64,000 nucleotides of DNA. Origin: a bacterium (GTDB lineage Bacteria > UBA8248 > JACPRG01 > G963555815). Below the pieces are notes generated by a model that was given only the letters and a program-made list of their open reading frames with translations, ran no database searches and had not been told where the DNA came from. The DNA lies in contig OZ244653.1 in assembly GCA_965218795.1 (NCBI GenBank), forward strand, positions 4,320,001 to 4,384,000, read 5' to 3'. Shown piece by piece: positions 10,119-20,404 of the stretch; position 1 is the stretch's first letter, and every line of letters starts with the position of its first letter. Made by a program: the position numbers and the translations under genes.

Positions 10119-11810
10119 ATGGGACAAAAAAACTCGGACCTGTCCGATGCGCGAAAACGATGGGAAGAGCACGTCCTGAGCCGGACGCTGGAGCGGTACC
10201 CGGAGTCCCGCGAGGCCTTTCAGACGGAATCGCAGATCCCGATGGAGCGCCTCTACACTCCCGAACATCTCACCGGCGGAGACTACCTTGAGGACTCGGG
10301 CTTCCCTGGCGAAGCCCCTTTTACCCGCGGCATCCAGCCGACCATGTACCGCGGCCGTCTCTGGACGATGCGCCAATACGCCGGGTATGCCTCGGCGGAG
10401 GAATCCAACAAGCGGTACAAGTATCTTCTCGATCAGGGAAATACGGGGCTGAGCGTCGCGTTCGACCTGCCGACGCAGATCGGGTACGACTCCGATCATC
10501 CGTTGGCCGAGGGCGAGGTGGGCCGGGTCGGGGTGGCCATTGACAGTCTTCGGGACATGGAGGCGCTGTTCGACGGCATCCCCCTGGACCGGGTCAGCAC
10601 CTCGATGACCATCAACGCCACGGCCTCCATCCTGATGGCCCTGTACATCGCGGTCGGCGAGAAGCAGGGGGTTCCCCCGGCGAATCTCAGAGGAACGGTC
10701 CAGAACGACATCCTGAAGGAATACATCGCCCGGGGAACCTACATCTACCCGCCCGAGCCTTCTCTTCGTATCATCACCGACATGTTCTCGTATTGCGGGG
10801 AGCACCTGCCCCAATGGAATGCGATCAGCATCAGCGGCTATCACATGCGGGAGGCCGGCTGCACGGCGGTTCAGGAGGTGGCCTTCACCCTGGCCGACGG
10901 TATCGCCTATGTCGAAGCGGCCCGACGGGCGGACCTGGAACCGGATGATCTGGGAAAAAATCTATCGTTCTTCTTCTCCGCCCACAACCATCTCCTGGAA
11001 GAGGTGGCCAAATTCCGCGCGGCGCGGCGTCTTTGGGCGATGATCATGGCCGACCGGTTCGGCGCCAAGTCCGACCGCGCCCGTATGCTCCGCTTCCACA
11101 CCCAGACCGCCGGCGTAACGCTCACCGCCCAACAGCCCCTGACCAACGTGATCCGCGTGGCGGTGCAGGCCCTTTCGGCCGTGCTGGGTGGAACCCAGTC
11201 CCTGCACACGAATTCGTTCGATGAGGCGCTGGCTCTCCCCTCCGAGGAGGCCGTCCGTCTGGCCCTCCGCACTCAGCAAATCCTGGGCTACGAGTCGGGG
11301 GTGACCGAGACCGTCGACCCCTTGGCGGGAAGTTACGCGGTGGAGAGCCTGACGCGGGAAATCGAGACCCGCGCCATGGACTACATCCGCCGGATCGATG
11401 ACATGGGGGGAATGCTGAAGGCCATTGAGCGGGGGTGGGTGCAACGGGAGATTCATGAAGCGGCCTACCGGCGCCAGCGCTCGGTCGAGGATGGCGAGTC
11501 CATTGTGGTCGGGCTCAACGCCCACCGGGAGGAGGAAGGATCCGTGAGCACGAATGGGTCCGAGTCCGATCTCTTGCACATCGACCCGGCTGTAGAATCC
11601 GCGCAGAAGGAAAAGTTGGCTGAATTGAGGCGGGAGAGGGATGGCCAAGCCGTTCAGAAATGTCTGGCCGGGGTGGAGAAGGCGGCGAAGGACTCCTCCA
11701 ATTTGATGCCGCCGATTCTGGACGCCGTACGCGCCTATGCGACGGTCGGCGAGATTGCCGATGCGATGCGAAGGGCGTTCGGCGAGTACGAGCAGTCCGG
11801 CATCGATTGA
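10119..11810 (+). CDS. Methylmalonyl-CoA mutase, substrate-binding large subunit (no B12-binding domain)
   Basis: [22 protein letters not shown] (Tyr at the specificity position), [23 protein letters not shown]. No DxHxxG domain. Confidence 0.92.
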   Translation: MGQKNSDLSDARKRWEEHVLSRTLERYPESREAFQTESQIPMERLYTPEHLTGGDYLEDSGFPGEAPFTRGIQPTMYRGRLWTMRQYAGYASAEESNKRYKYLLDQGNTGLSVAFDLPTQIGYDSDHPLAEGEVGRVGVAIDSLRDMEALFDGIPLDRVSTSMTINATASILMALYIAVGEKQGVPPANLRGTVQNDILKEYIARGTYIYPPEPSLRIITDMFSYCGEHLPQWNAISISGYHMREAGCTAVQEVAFTLADGIAYVEAARRADLEPDDLGKNLSFFFSAHNHLLEEVAKFRAARRLWAMIMADRFGAKSDRARMLRFHTQTAGVTLTAQQPLTNVIRVAVQALSAVLGGTQSLHTNSFDEALALPSEEAVRLALRTQQILGYESGVTETVDPLAGSYAVESLTREIETRAMDYIRRIDDMGGMLKAIERGWVQREIHEAAYRRQRSVEDGESIVVGLNAHREEEGSVSTNGSESDLLHIDPAVESAQKEKLAELRRERDGQAVQKCLAGVEKAAKDSSNLMPPILDAVRAYATVGEIADAMRRAFGEYEQSGID

Positions 11811-11945
11811 CGCCCCGGCTTTACGGCCGACGAATCGCCGGAGAAGCTGGGCTCCAGGCTGATCCTGCCGGACGAATCAAAAATTCGAGGATGATGGAGC
11901 GCCAAGAAAGCCCAGGGAGGGGTGATCGAGTCCTCCCGCGGGTTC

Positions 11946-13112
11946 TTATCCCTGCTTTGAGACATCCTCGAAAAGATAGCCGCAACGGTAGATGGGAACG
12001 CCTTTGCCGCCCCGGAAGTGAATCCGCTCGTCGATGATTTGCGCGGCGATGCCCACCACGCGCGACCACCCGAACAGCAGCGAATAATATTCAGAGTGGG
12101 TCAGGCCGGCCGCATTCAACAACGAGCCGGTGATGGCGTCCACGTTCGGGTAGGGGTTCTGAATTTTCCCGGTTTCTTTCAGGATGTCGGGGGCGACTTC
12201 GCGTAGGGTCAGCGCAATTTGAATGTTCTCGTCATCCGGGAAGTGCTTTTTCCCAACTTCATATCCGATGGTCGCCCGGGCGTCTTCCGCCCGAAGGACC
12301 GCATGGCCGAACCCGAAGACCAGCTTCTTCGTTTTCAGACAATCCTCGATAAATTGATGGACGTGATCCGGATCGGGGTCGCCGACCTCACGGATGAAGT
12401 TCAGCGCGTCCTGGTTGGCTCGGCCGTGGCGGGGGCCGTAGAGCCCCGCCATGGCGGCGGCCATCGACGCGAAGATGTCGGCCAGTCCCGAGGCGACGGC
12501 CTTGCCCGTGAGGGTGCTCAGGTTTCCGCCGCCGTGATCATAGTGCATGATGTGGAACAGGCGCAGGACGCGCTCGAGTTCGGGATGGGCGTCGGGAACC
12601 CCCAACATGTGAACAAAGTTCTCCGTATATCCCAATTCGGGGTTGCTGGGTATCGGATCGCCCCAACCCTCGCGTATCCGGAAGATCGCGGCGACGACCT
12701 CGTTGACCCAGGCGATCAGATTCAGGCCGTCCTCCAGGTAATCCTCCCGCTTTCCCAGCATGCCCAGGGAGAGGAGGCCGGAGATGAACCATTCCATCGG
12801 ATGACCTTTTCGGGGGAGCGCCTTCAGCAGGTCAATGGCCTGTGCGGGACAGCTCTTGGCGCGTTCCACCATATCCGCCTTGAAGGCCGCGGCTTCGTCG
12901 GGGGATGGATCCCGCTTGTTCAGGAGGAGGTACATCACCTGCTCCGGCTCGTGGTCGGCAAGCTCGGAGACCGGACGGCCGACGTAATGGACGCCTTTTA
13001 TAGGGTCCACCCGGCTCGTCCGGACGCGCCCAACAGGAATCCCGCGCAATCCGGTATCCAAGTGGTCTTCCGTCACTTCGAACAATACTTTGCTCATCGA
13101 TTCGGTCTCCAA
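11946..13112 (-). CDS. gltA: Citrate synthase (eukaryote-like motif type)
   Basis: DHGGGNLS, GPRHGRANQ, GFGHAVLR and YPNVDA catalytic motifs. Confidence 0.9.
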   Translation of the reverse strand: METESMSKVLFEVTEDHLDTGLRGIPVGRVRTSRVDPIKGVHYVGRPVSELADHEPEQVMYLLLNKRDPSPDEAAAFKADMVERAKSCPAQAIDLLKALPRKGHPMEWFISGLLSLGMLGKREDYLEDGLNLIAWVNEVVAAIFRIREGWGDPIPSNPELGYTENFVHMLGVPDAHPELERVLRLFHIMHYDHGGGNLSTLTGKAVASGLADIFASMAAAMAGLYGPRHGRANQDALNFIREVGDPDPDHVHQFIEDCLKTKKLVFGFGHAVLRAEDARATIGYEVGKKHFPDDENIQIALTLREVAPDILKETGKIQNPYPNVDAITGSLLNAAGLTHSEYYSLLFGWSRVVGIAAQIIDERIHFRGGKGVPIYRCGYLFEDVSKQG

Positions 13113-13397
13113 ACAGTACAGCCGGTCATCTCCCCATCCGGATAACCGCGAGCCGGCTCAGGACGAGAACCTGGGAAGAAGCCTGCTCCGGCACCGGGTC
13201 CGCGCGTTCGCGCACTTCCCGTGGGCCGTCACACACCGTCGCTTCCACCCGTAGACTGATTTTTCCAATTAAGGAACAAGACTCAAATCCGATTCCATGA
13301 TAGCAAAACCGCCCGGGGATGGGTAGGGGCCCGGGGATGATGTCCCGGCGGCGTCTTCTTGGCATGGGCGTTCGGGCCGCCTGGTTTTCGTCCCCCC

Positions 13398-14735
13398 TTA
13401 AATAGGGGATTTGTACTTGAATCCGCGGGTCTTCTCCCCGAATTCCTTTCGCACGCTGCGGAGCGTTGCGGGCCGGGAAATAAGGTCCAGGGCCGTGCAG
13501 GCCAAGACCTTGGCGGCGACGTGCATCCCCTTCCAGCCGATGCCCGAAGCGGCCTGGGCCGTCAACAGCCAGTGATGTTGCGGGGTTCCGAGGGCGCGTG
13601 TGCTGGTCCGAAACATGCCGCACGGGGCGATCCAGCTGACGTTGCCGATGTCGTTCGTTACGGGCATGATGTAATCCTTGCGGACCGGCTCGACGGTCTC
13701 GACCAGGGGATCGTGGAACCCGAGCTTGCGAGCGTATGCCTTGTCCGATCGGCTGAATTGCGGCGCGCCCACCAACCGCAGGTTCTGATCGATCAGTTCG
13801 CCCAGCGTAACGTTGGGGAGCCGGTGATACGTGCCGGTGAACAGATCCATTTTGACCCGGGTCCCCGTGGCCCGGGCGGCCCCCCTGGCGATCCGCTTCA
13901 CTTCGCCGGTGACCTCTTCGGTCTGGCGTCGGGTGGGCGTCCAGATCCAATACCAGGATTTTGCATAGGGGAGGATCACGCCGGGTACCTTGCCGCCGTC
14001 GCTGATGACGTAGTGAATCCCCGTCCCCTCCGGAGTCTGACCTCGCAGCCGGTTGACCCCCTCGTTCATCAACTCCAATGCCCCGAGGGCGCTCCGCGCC
14101 TTCTTCGGGTCGATCATTGCGTGGGCGCTCTCCCCGGTGAACTCGAACGTGATCGAGTCCAGCGCCATGAATGAGCCATAATCTGCGTGGGTGCTGTCGC
14201 CCGGGTGCCAGCTCAGCACGGCGTCGAAGCCGTCAAATACGCCTTCGCGGACCATGACGACCTTGCCCAGGACCATCTCCTCCGCCGGGGTTCCGATGAC
14301 CTGAACGGTCCCCTTCACGCCGCTGCCCTCCAGGGCCTGTTTGAGGGCGATGCCCGCGGTGACGCTGGCCGTACCGAACAGATTGTGGCCGCAGCCGTGG
14401 CCGTCATCGGTCTTCTTCCGCCCGCAGTTGGGGACGGCGTCGTACTCGGCGATGACGGCGATGTTCGGGCGGCCTTTCCCCCATTTTGCGACGAAGGCGG
14501 TCGGCATGCCGGAGACGCCGGTCTCGACCTCAAACCCGGCGGACCGGAGCTCATCGACCAACATCCCGGCCGACTTGTGCTCTTCCAGCCCCATCTCCGG
14601 GGTGTCCCAGATTCTCTGAGCCAGGTCGTTCATGTGGGCGGCCCGCTGATCGATGAACTGGACGGCCTTGCGCTTCAGGGGAGACCAGTCGGCCTTTCCG
14701 GTCTTTTGCGATGTGCTTTTGTGGCGCGTCGCCAT
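13398..14735 (-). CDS. M20-family amidohydrolase (AbgB / aminobenzoyl-glutamate hydrolase-like)
   Basis: EYDA, GHGCGHNL, GTPAEE, SWHP, ARSAL motifs. Confidence 0.88.
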   Translation of the reverse strand: MATRHKSTSQKTGKADWSPLKRKAVQFIDQRAAHMNDLAQRIWDTPEMGLEEHKSAGMLVDELRSAGFEVETGVSGMPTAFVAKWGKGRPNIAVIAEYDAVPNCGRKKTDDGHGCGHNLFGTASVTAGIALKQALEGSGVKGTVQVIGTPAEEMVLGKVVMVREGVFDGFDAVLSWHPGDSTHADYGSFMALDSITFEFTGESAHAMIDPKKARSALGALELMNEGVNRLRGQTPEGTGIHYVISDGGKVPGVILPYAKSWYWIWTPTRRQTEEVTGEVKRIARGAARATGTRVKMDLFTGTYHRLPNVTLGELIDQNLRLVGAPQFSRSDKAYARKLGFHDPLVETVEPVRKDYIMPVTNDIGNVSWIAPCGMFRTSTRALGTPQHHWLLTAQAASGIGWKGMHVAAKVLACTALDLISRPATLRSVRKEFGEKTRGFKYKSPI

Positions 14736-14880
14736 CGTGAAACTCCTCCAAAGCTCCTGCGGGAAGGGGTTTTCACAAAACGAGAAGACGGGGACCCCGC
14801 CGGGGGGACTCCGTCCACGAGTTGCTCGTCTCCCAGGCGTCGGAAGCGAAAGTCCGGCCCGCCGCCAAGGGTGCTGTTCC

Positions 14881-15978
14881 TTACCCGAACGGCTTTTCCT
14901 CTTTCAGCCGCTTCGCCGCTTCCTCGACGATGCTGGTGTCGACGATTCGATCGATGGGGGCCTTTTCCTTGACGTAGCCCCGGTAGTCGACCCAGTGCGA
15001 CTGCATTTTGGCGATGGTTTGCTTGTTGGGCTTGCCGTTCGGCACCGTCCACGCCCAGTGAGGCGCGATAGCCTTGAGGATCCCCTTGCCCTTATCTCCC
15101 TTGAACACGGTCAGGTTGGAGAGGATCTCCACGATGTCGGCGTGGGGGGGCTTGGCGCCGGCGGCGGCGTTGAACAGTTTGACCCCCTGGAGCCAGGCCA
15201 TGGCGTAACGCACGAACTTCTCCCTGCCGATGGAGGCCATCTTTTTCTTCGAATACGTGGCGCACGTGATGATCGCGCCAGAGGCGGTCTCGGCGGCCGT
15301 GTCGATGATTTGCCCCTTCTTGGCCTTCTGGAGGAAGAACCCGAAGTGGTAGCCGAGGTTGGAGACGTTGACGCCGCCCTTCATCATCAGCTGCATCGCC
15401 TTGGGCTGGGGGAGTCCGAACTTGATCTGCAGCTTCCGCGGGTCCACGCCGGCGGCCATGTAGGAGTGATCGAGATGATAGTGATTGATGCTGCCCTTGT
15501 CCGAAACGTGAACCGGAAGGTCGGCGATCTTCTTCAGGTCCTTGGCGGTCCGGATGCCCTGGTCGTAGAGCTTCTGGTTGGCGACGGTGACGACGTAGGA
15601 CCGATCCTTTTTGGACTCGGTCCCTCCGTCCAGGAACATCGTCAAGTCCCCGCCCCGCGCCACCGCGTTGAAGAAGCCGGCGGACACGGTCAGACTGCAT
15701 AGATCCAGTTCCCCCGCCAGCAGGGGCGCGACCATCAGGGCGCCGTCGAAAAACCACTTGAATTTCAGGTCGATCCCCATCTTCTTGTAGTAGCCCTTGG
15801 CGAAGGCGACCATGTTGGGGCCTTTGCTGACAAACGGACCTTCGCCGTACACCCATTGCGTCATCTTGGCGGATCGGGACACCCGCGGATTGATGTAGAC
15901 GGGCAGGCTGGCGGCTGCGGCTCCGGCGCCGACCGTCGTGATGAACGTCCGCCGCGTCAATCCCTTTTTCTCGCTCAT
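14881..15978 (-). CDS. ABC transporter substrate-binding protein, NitT/TauT (NMT1/SsuA-like), Tat-exported
   Basis: TRRTFI twin-arginine signal; KGYYKKMGIDL...LLAGELD pattern; next to permease and ATPase. Confidence 0.88.
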   Translation of the reverse strand: MSEKKGLTRRTFITTVGAGAAAASLPVYINPRVSRSAKMTQWVYGEGPFVSKGPNMVAFAKGYYKKMGIDLKFKWFFDGALMVAPLLAGELDLCSLTVSAGFFNAVARGGDLTMFLDGGTESKKDRSYVVTVANQKLYDQGIRTAKDLKKIADLPVHVSDKGSINHYHLDHSYMAAGVDPRKLQIKFGLPQPKAMQLMMKGGVNVSNLGYHFGFFLQKAKKGQIIDTAAETASGAIITCATYSKKKMASIGREKFVRYAMAWLQGVKLFNAAAGAKPPHADIVEILSNLTVFKGDKGKGILKAIAPHWAWTVPNGKPNKQTIAKMQSHWVDYRGYVKEKAPIDRIVDTSIVEEAAKRLKEEKPFG

Positions 15979-16026
15979 CCAATTCCCTCCGTTCCGGTGA
16001 TGGGAGTCCGGCCGGCGGCCGGCGCT

Positions 16027-16872
16027 TCAACGCTCCCGCGAATCAAAAGCCCAATTGGCAAACCGGTTGTCCACCCAGTCCTGGGCTTTGGTAACGACGA
16101 TTCCCAGAATCGCCATGACAAACAGCGTTGCAAAGATTTTTTCGGTCTCCAGGATCGACCCCGCCTCGATCAGTATCCGCCCCAGACCGTTTTGGCTCGC
16201 GATCATCTCCGAAGCGACCGTGAGGATGATGGCCACGCCCATCCCCAGCCGGAATCCCGCAAAGATGCTGGGCACGGCGGCGGGGATCATGACTTCCATC
16301 TGGATCCTGCGCTCGTCGGCCCCGAGGTCCCGCGCGGCCTTGACCAGGCCCTCGTCGACCTGCCGGAGGCCCGCATAGGTGTTGATCACGATGGGGAAAA
16401 ACGCCGCCAGGCCGCTGACCACGAGCTTGTACGCCTCACCCGACCCCAGCCAGATGATGAGCAGGGGGATCAGGGTGATCTTCGGCAGGGGGTACATGGC
16501 CGCGATCAAAGGGTCGCACACATTCTGAAAGGTCTTGGACATCCCCATCCCGATGCCGATGGCGACGCCGCAGATGGCCGCCCCGAGAAACCCGGAGAGG
16601 ATGCGCAGGACTGTCATCAGCGTGTTCCAGGGAAGCGTGCCGTCCAGAATCATGCTCCAGAAGGTCTGGAGGATGAAAGAAACCGACGGCAGGAAGATCG
16701 GCTCGATCCCCATCCCCCGTACGATGGCCTCCCAGACGATCAGAACGCCCACGATCGTCGCAATCTGGATAACCCGGGAGCGCCGCTGAACCCGCTTGGC
16801 CCCTCCCGCGGCGGTTTCCTCGCCTGAGATGCGCCGCTCGCGCTCTTGCTGCGGAATGGTTTCGGTGGTCAC
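16027..16872 (-). CDS. ABC transporter permease (SsuC/TauC-like)
   Basis: Multiple TM helices; [16 protein letters not shown]; AARDLGA EAA-like loop. Confidence 0.93.
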   Translation of the reverse strand: MTTETIPQQERERRISGEETAAGGAKRVQRRSRVIQIATIVGVLIVWEAIVRGMGIEPIFLPSVSFILQTFWSMILDGTLPWNTLMTVLRILSGFLGAAICGVAIGIGMGMSKTFQNVCDPLIAAMYPLPKITLIPLLIIWLGSGEAYKLVVSGLAAFFPIVINTYAGLRQVDEGLVKAARDLGADERRIQMEVMIPAAVPSIFAGFRLGMGVAIILTVASEMIASQNGLGRILIEAGSILETEKIFATLFVMAILGIVVTKAQDWVDNRFANWAFDSRER

Positions 16873-17669
16873 GTCGCCAGCGCCTCTCCTGCCATGCTCT
16901 TCTCCACCTCTTCCTTGATGAGGTAGTAAATCCGGTTGAACAGATCTCCGAATGCGTGGGAGTTGACGTCATCCAGCGACCGCGGCCGGGGCAGATCGAT
17001 GGGCACGACGGCTTTGATCCGGCCCGGCCGGGCGGTCATCACAACGACCTCATCCGCGAGGAGGATCGATTCCTCGATGGCATGGGTGACGAAGATGACC
17101 GTCTTGTTCGTCTGAAGGTAGAGCCGCTGGACCTCCTCCTGCATGACGATCTTGGTCTGGGCGTCCAGGGCGCCGAACGGCTCGTCCATCAACAGGATAT
17201 CGGGGTCCTTGATGAGGGCCCTCGCCAGACCGACCCGCTGTTTCATCCCGCCGGAAAGCTGTTTGGGCAGCTTGCTCTCGAACCCTTTCAAACCCACGAA
17301 GTCGACGTACTCCTGCGCCCGGCCGTATCGGCTCGCTCTGTCCATCCCGTCCATTTTGAGGCCGAAGGCGATGTTGTCGATGACGTTCAGCCAGGGGAAC
17401 AGGTTGAAGTTCTGCCAGACCATCGTGGAATCGTCGCCCAGACCGGCCGCCCGTCCGGTTTCCGGGTCTACGACGTCGATGGTTCCTCCCGTCCGGGAGC
17501 TCAATCCCGCGATGATTTGCAGCAGGCTGCTCTTGCCGCACCCGGAGGGGCCGAGGAGGCAGGTGAACCGGTGGGACGCGAATGTGTGAGTCACGGACTC
17601 CAGCGCCGCGACCGGTTCATCCGTCTCGATACCCCAAACCTTTGAAACACTCTTGACCTGAACTTCCAT
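16869..17669 (-). CDS. ABC transporter ATP-binding protein (SsuB/TauB-like)
   Basis: [30 protein letters not shown]. Confidence 0.96.
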   Translation of the reverse strand: MEVQVKSVSKVWGIETDEPVAALESVTHTFASHRFTCLLGPSGCGKSSLLQIIAGLSSRTGGTIDVVDPETGRAAGLGDDSTMVWQNFNLFPWLNVIDNIAFGLKMDGMDRASRYGRAQEYVDFVGLKGFESKLPKQLSGGMKQRVGLARALIKDPDILLMDEPFGALDAQTKIVMQEEVQRLYLQTNKTVIFVTHAIEESILLADEVVVMTARPGRIKAVVPIDLPRPRSLDDVNSHAFGDLFNRIYYLIKEEVEKSMAGEALAT

Positions 17670-17826
17670 CGGCCTTTCTTAAGGATTAACCGGAGAGGCG
17701 CAAGGACCAGCCGACATCGAGCGCAATCTGCCATGTCTGTTTCGGTGGAACATCAAATCATATCAAATTCGCCAAGTCCCGAAAACCGGCAATACATTGA
17801 TCTTGGGCGGAAACCGGGATTACGCC

Positions 17827-19239
17827 TCACTTCCTGTTCGACCAGTTGGGCCGGCTTCGGACCGAATGTCCCGTCTTCTCGGCGATGGTCCGGCCCCGCC
17901 GGGTAGCCTCCTGAATCACCTCGTCCACGTCCGTGAACTCGGTAAACCGCCCTTCCCGCAGGACGGGCCTCCCGTCGATCAAGACCGTGTGGGCATCCGA
18001 GCCGTGCCCGCAGCAAATAAAGTTGGAAATCGGTTTGTGAACCACCTGGACGTGCGGACCGGTCATGTCGAAAACAGCGACATCCGCCCGCTTGCCCGGT
18101 TCCAGCGAGCCGATCTCACCCTCCATCCCCAATGCCGCGGCGCCGTTGATGGTGGCCATCTCCAGCGACTCCTCCAGCGGCATCAGGCCGGGATCCAAGT
18201 GACGGATGTGCTGAAACATGGTGCATGCCTTCATCTGCTCCACCATGTCCACGGAATAATCCACCATCGGGCCATCCGTCCCCAGACAGACGTTGACCCC
18301 GGCCTCCGCGGCCCGGGCCGCGGGAACGATTCCCCCGCCCCGCATGGACTCGCTCGTGGGCGTGTAGACGAGGGGGGAGCCGGCTTCCTTCATCATGGCG
18401 ATGTCGGTTTCGCTGATGTGTATCCCGTGGATCATGAGCCAGTGGTCGTCCAGGCAGCCACTCTCCATCAGATAAGCGACGTCGGTGCGGCCGGTCTCAC
18501 GAAGGTATTTCAGGTACCCCATCTCCATGGAGAGGCTCCCGCCCGAGACGTGGTCGCTGATCTTGAGGTCCTTCTCCCTGGCCATGCGGTAGCCGGTCTC
18601 GATAAGCTCCGCGGAGCTCATCCCCGCGGCCACCCAGTGGGCGTTGGACTCAATGACGAGCGCCATGCGGATGAGTCCGTCCCTCGCCCCGTCCCAACGG
18701 TCCACCAGCTCGCCGATGTACTGCTCGGCATCTTCCAGCGAGTGGTGATGGTCCGGGTTTCCGGGCGTCCGGCAGCGGAAGTCCTTGGCGAACACCTGGC
18801 GGAATCCCACTTCGGCCATGGGCTCGACCGTGGCCGCCGTTTCCTCTTCCATGGTCGAGGTGATCGAGTGATTGAGGCAGCAGGTCGTCCCCGTGCGAAC
18901 CATCTCCAGGGCGGACAGGTAGGCCGAGGCCCGGAGGTCTTCGGCGGTCAGAAGCTGGACGACCGGCAGGACGAAGCTGAACACCCACGGTTCGAGGATC
19001 ATGCCGTCGCACAGCCCCTTGAACAGATTGTACCAGTGGTGCTGATGCATATTGATCAAGCCCGGCAGCACGATCATGCCTTGGGCGTCCAAGGTGTCCT
19101 CATAAGGGCTTTCGGGCAGATCCGAGGCCGGGCCCACGGCCTCGATTTTCCCGTCCGCAACGGCGACGAACCCGTCGTCAAATACCTCCCGGTCGGCATT
19201 CATCGTGACGACGTACCCGTTCTTGATCAGAAAGCTCAT
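17827..19239 (-). CDS. Metal-dependent amidohydrolase (AtzA/TRZ/SsnA-like)
   Basis: PGLINMHQH, IHGIH, LGTDG, GSLEPGKRAD. Start placed at MSFLIKNG after GGAGG. Confidence 0.9.
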   Translation of the reverse strand: MSFLIKNGYVVTMNADREVFDDGFVAVADGKIEAVGPASDLPESPYEDTLDAQGMIVLPGLINMHQHHWYNLFKGLCDGMILEPWVFSFVLPVVQLLTAEDLRASAYLSALEMVRTGTTCCLNHSITSTMEEETAATVEPMAEVGFRQVFAKDFRCRTPGNPDHHHSLEDAEQYIGELVDRWDGARDGLIRMALVIESNAHWVAAGMSSAELIETGYRMAREKDLKISDHVSGGSLSMEMGYLKYLRETGRTDVAYLMESGCLDDHWLMIHGIHISETDIAMMKEAGSPLVYTPTSESMRGGGIVPAARAAEAGVNVCLGTDGPMVDYSVDMVEQMKACTMFQHIRHLDPGLMPLEESLEMATINGAAALGMEGEIGSLEPGKRADVAVFDMTGPHVQVVHKPISNFICCGHGSDAHTVLIDGRPVLREGRFTEFTDVDEVIQEATRRGRTIAEKTGHSVRSRPNWSNRK

Positions 19240-19744
19240 CGTTCCTCCATTCTTTTTGAGGGGACATTTTGGAGGCAACGCGCCTCTGCGATTTCGCGGC
19301 GCCCGCAAGGCGCCGCAGCCGGGCTGGATGAGGGAACCGGATTTGATTCAACCCGAGTGCCCGGCGAAACCGGAGCAGGCCGTGCCTGCCCCCATTTGGC
19401 AAAGGAGACGTTTTGAGCGGATTCTCGATGCGTCTCATTCGTGATCCTTACCCGACTCGGGCCTCACTGAGCAAGAGATGTCGTCATTCACTGGGAACCT
19501 GGAATCTGCGAAATCCGTGGATCCAATTTTTTGCTCTGAATTCTCGCCCAAAGCCAAAAGCCAAATAGAAAGTCCTTGCCCAGCAAGGAAAATTTGGGTT
19601 TGTTTGGTCCTTTTTTAATGTTGAGCGCATGAATTCCGCCTTCGAGGCAAGGAGGCGGAGGGTGACGGCAGGGAGTCCTCTGGCCCCCTCAGTCGATTCC
19701 CGATGATTCTTCCCGAAATGATCTTCATACGTATTGTCCAATCT

Positions 19745-20284
19745 GGGGCCTGTTAGCACTAATGGGTGGGGTTATGTTATCCTTTGCGGATGGAGATCAC
19801 CCAAGCTCAGTACGAACGCATTGCACCCTCCCTGCCGGTGCAACGCGGCAACGTCAGCGTGTCGAACCTGCAAGTGCTCAACGCCATCCTGTACGTCGCC
19901 GAGCATGGCTGCAAGTGGCGGGGGCTGCCGACCCGGTTCGGCAACTGACACACCATCTACACCCGGATGAACCGCTGGTCCAAAAACGGGGTGATCGACC
20001 GGGTCTTCGAGCAGCTGCAGCGGGAACGGATCATGCGCATCAAGCTCGAGGCGGTGTCGCTGGACAGCACCATCGTCAAGGTCCATCCCGATGGAACGGG
20101 CGCGCTACAAAAAACGGCCCTGACGTTCTCGCTGTCGCCCGGACAGGCCCACGATGCGTCGGAAGGGCGCAAGCTGCTGAACCGCTTGGGTCGGCGGTCG
20201 GGCAACCCGTCCCTGGTGATGGATCGCGCATACGAGGGCAGCGAGACACGCCAACTGGCCTTGGCGCTGGGGTACACGCCCTAG
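19745..20284 (+). pseudogene. IS5-family (IS427-like) transposase remnant with left inverted repeat
   Basis: GGGCCTGTTAGCACTA end at ~19746. ORF LNAILYVAEHGCKWRGLPTRFGN*HTIYTRMNRW has TGA at 19946 where Trp is expected. SLDSTIVKVH and MDRAY are present; the middle and 3' end are deleted. Confidence 0.88.
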
Positions 20285-20290
20285 TCGTGC

Positions 20291-20325
20291 GCAAGAGGCC
20301 GGCGCAGAAAGCGCCGGCCTCTTGC
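20291..20325. repeat. Perfect 15-bp-stem hairpin
   Basis: GCAAGAGGCCGGCGC-AGAAA-GCGCCGGCCTCTTGC; a second hairpin TTGGGGGGCA...TGCCCCCCAA follows at 20351-20380. Confidence 0.8.
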
Positions 20326-20404
20326 GGAATTGAAAGTTTTCGAGGGGGGTTTGGGGGGCAGTTTTCAAAATGCCCCCCAAAAAAAGAGACTCAATCGAAT
20401 CTTT

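Noticed and set aside
19946-19948. In-frame TGA at a conserved Trp as evidence for UGA recoding
   Set aside because: Many intact genes here end in TGA and use TGG for Trp, and the IS is otherwise decayed, so this is a nonsense mutation.
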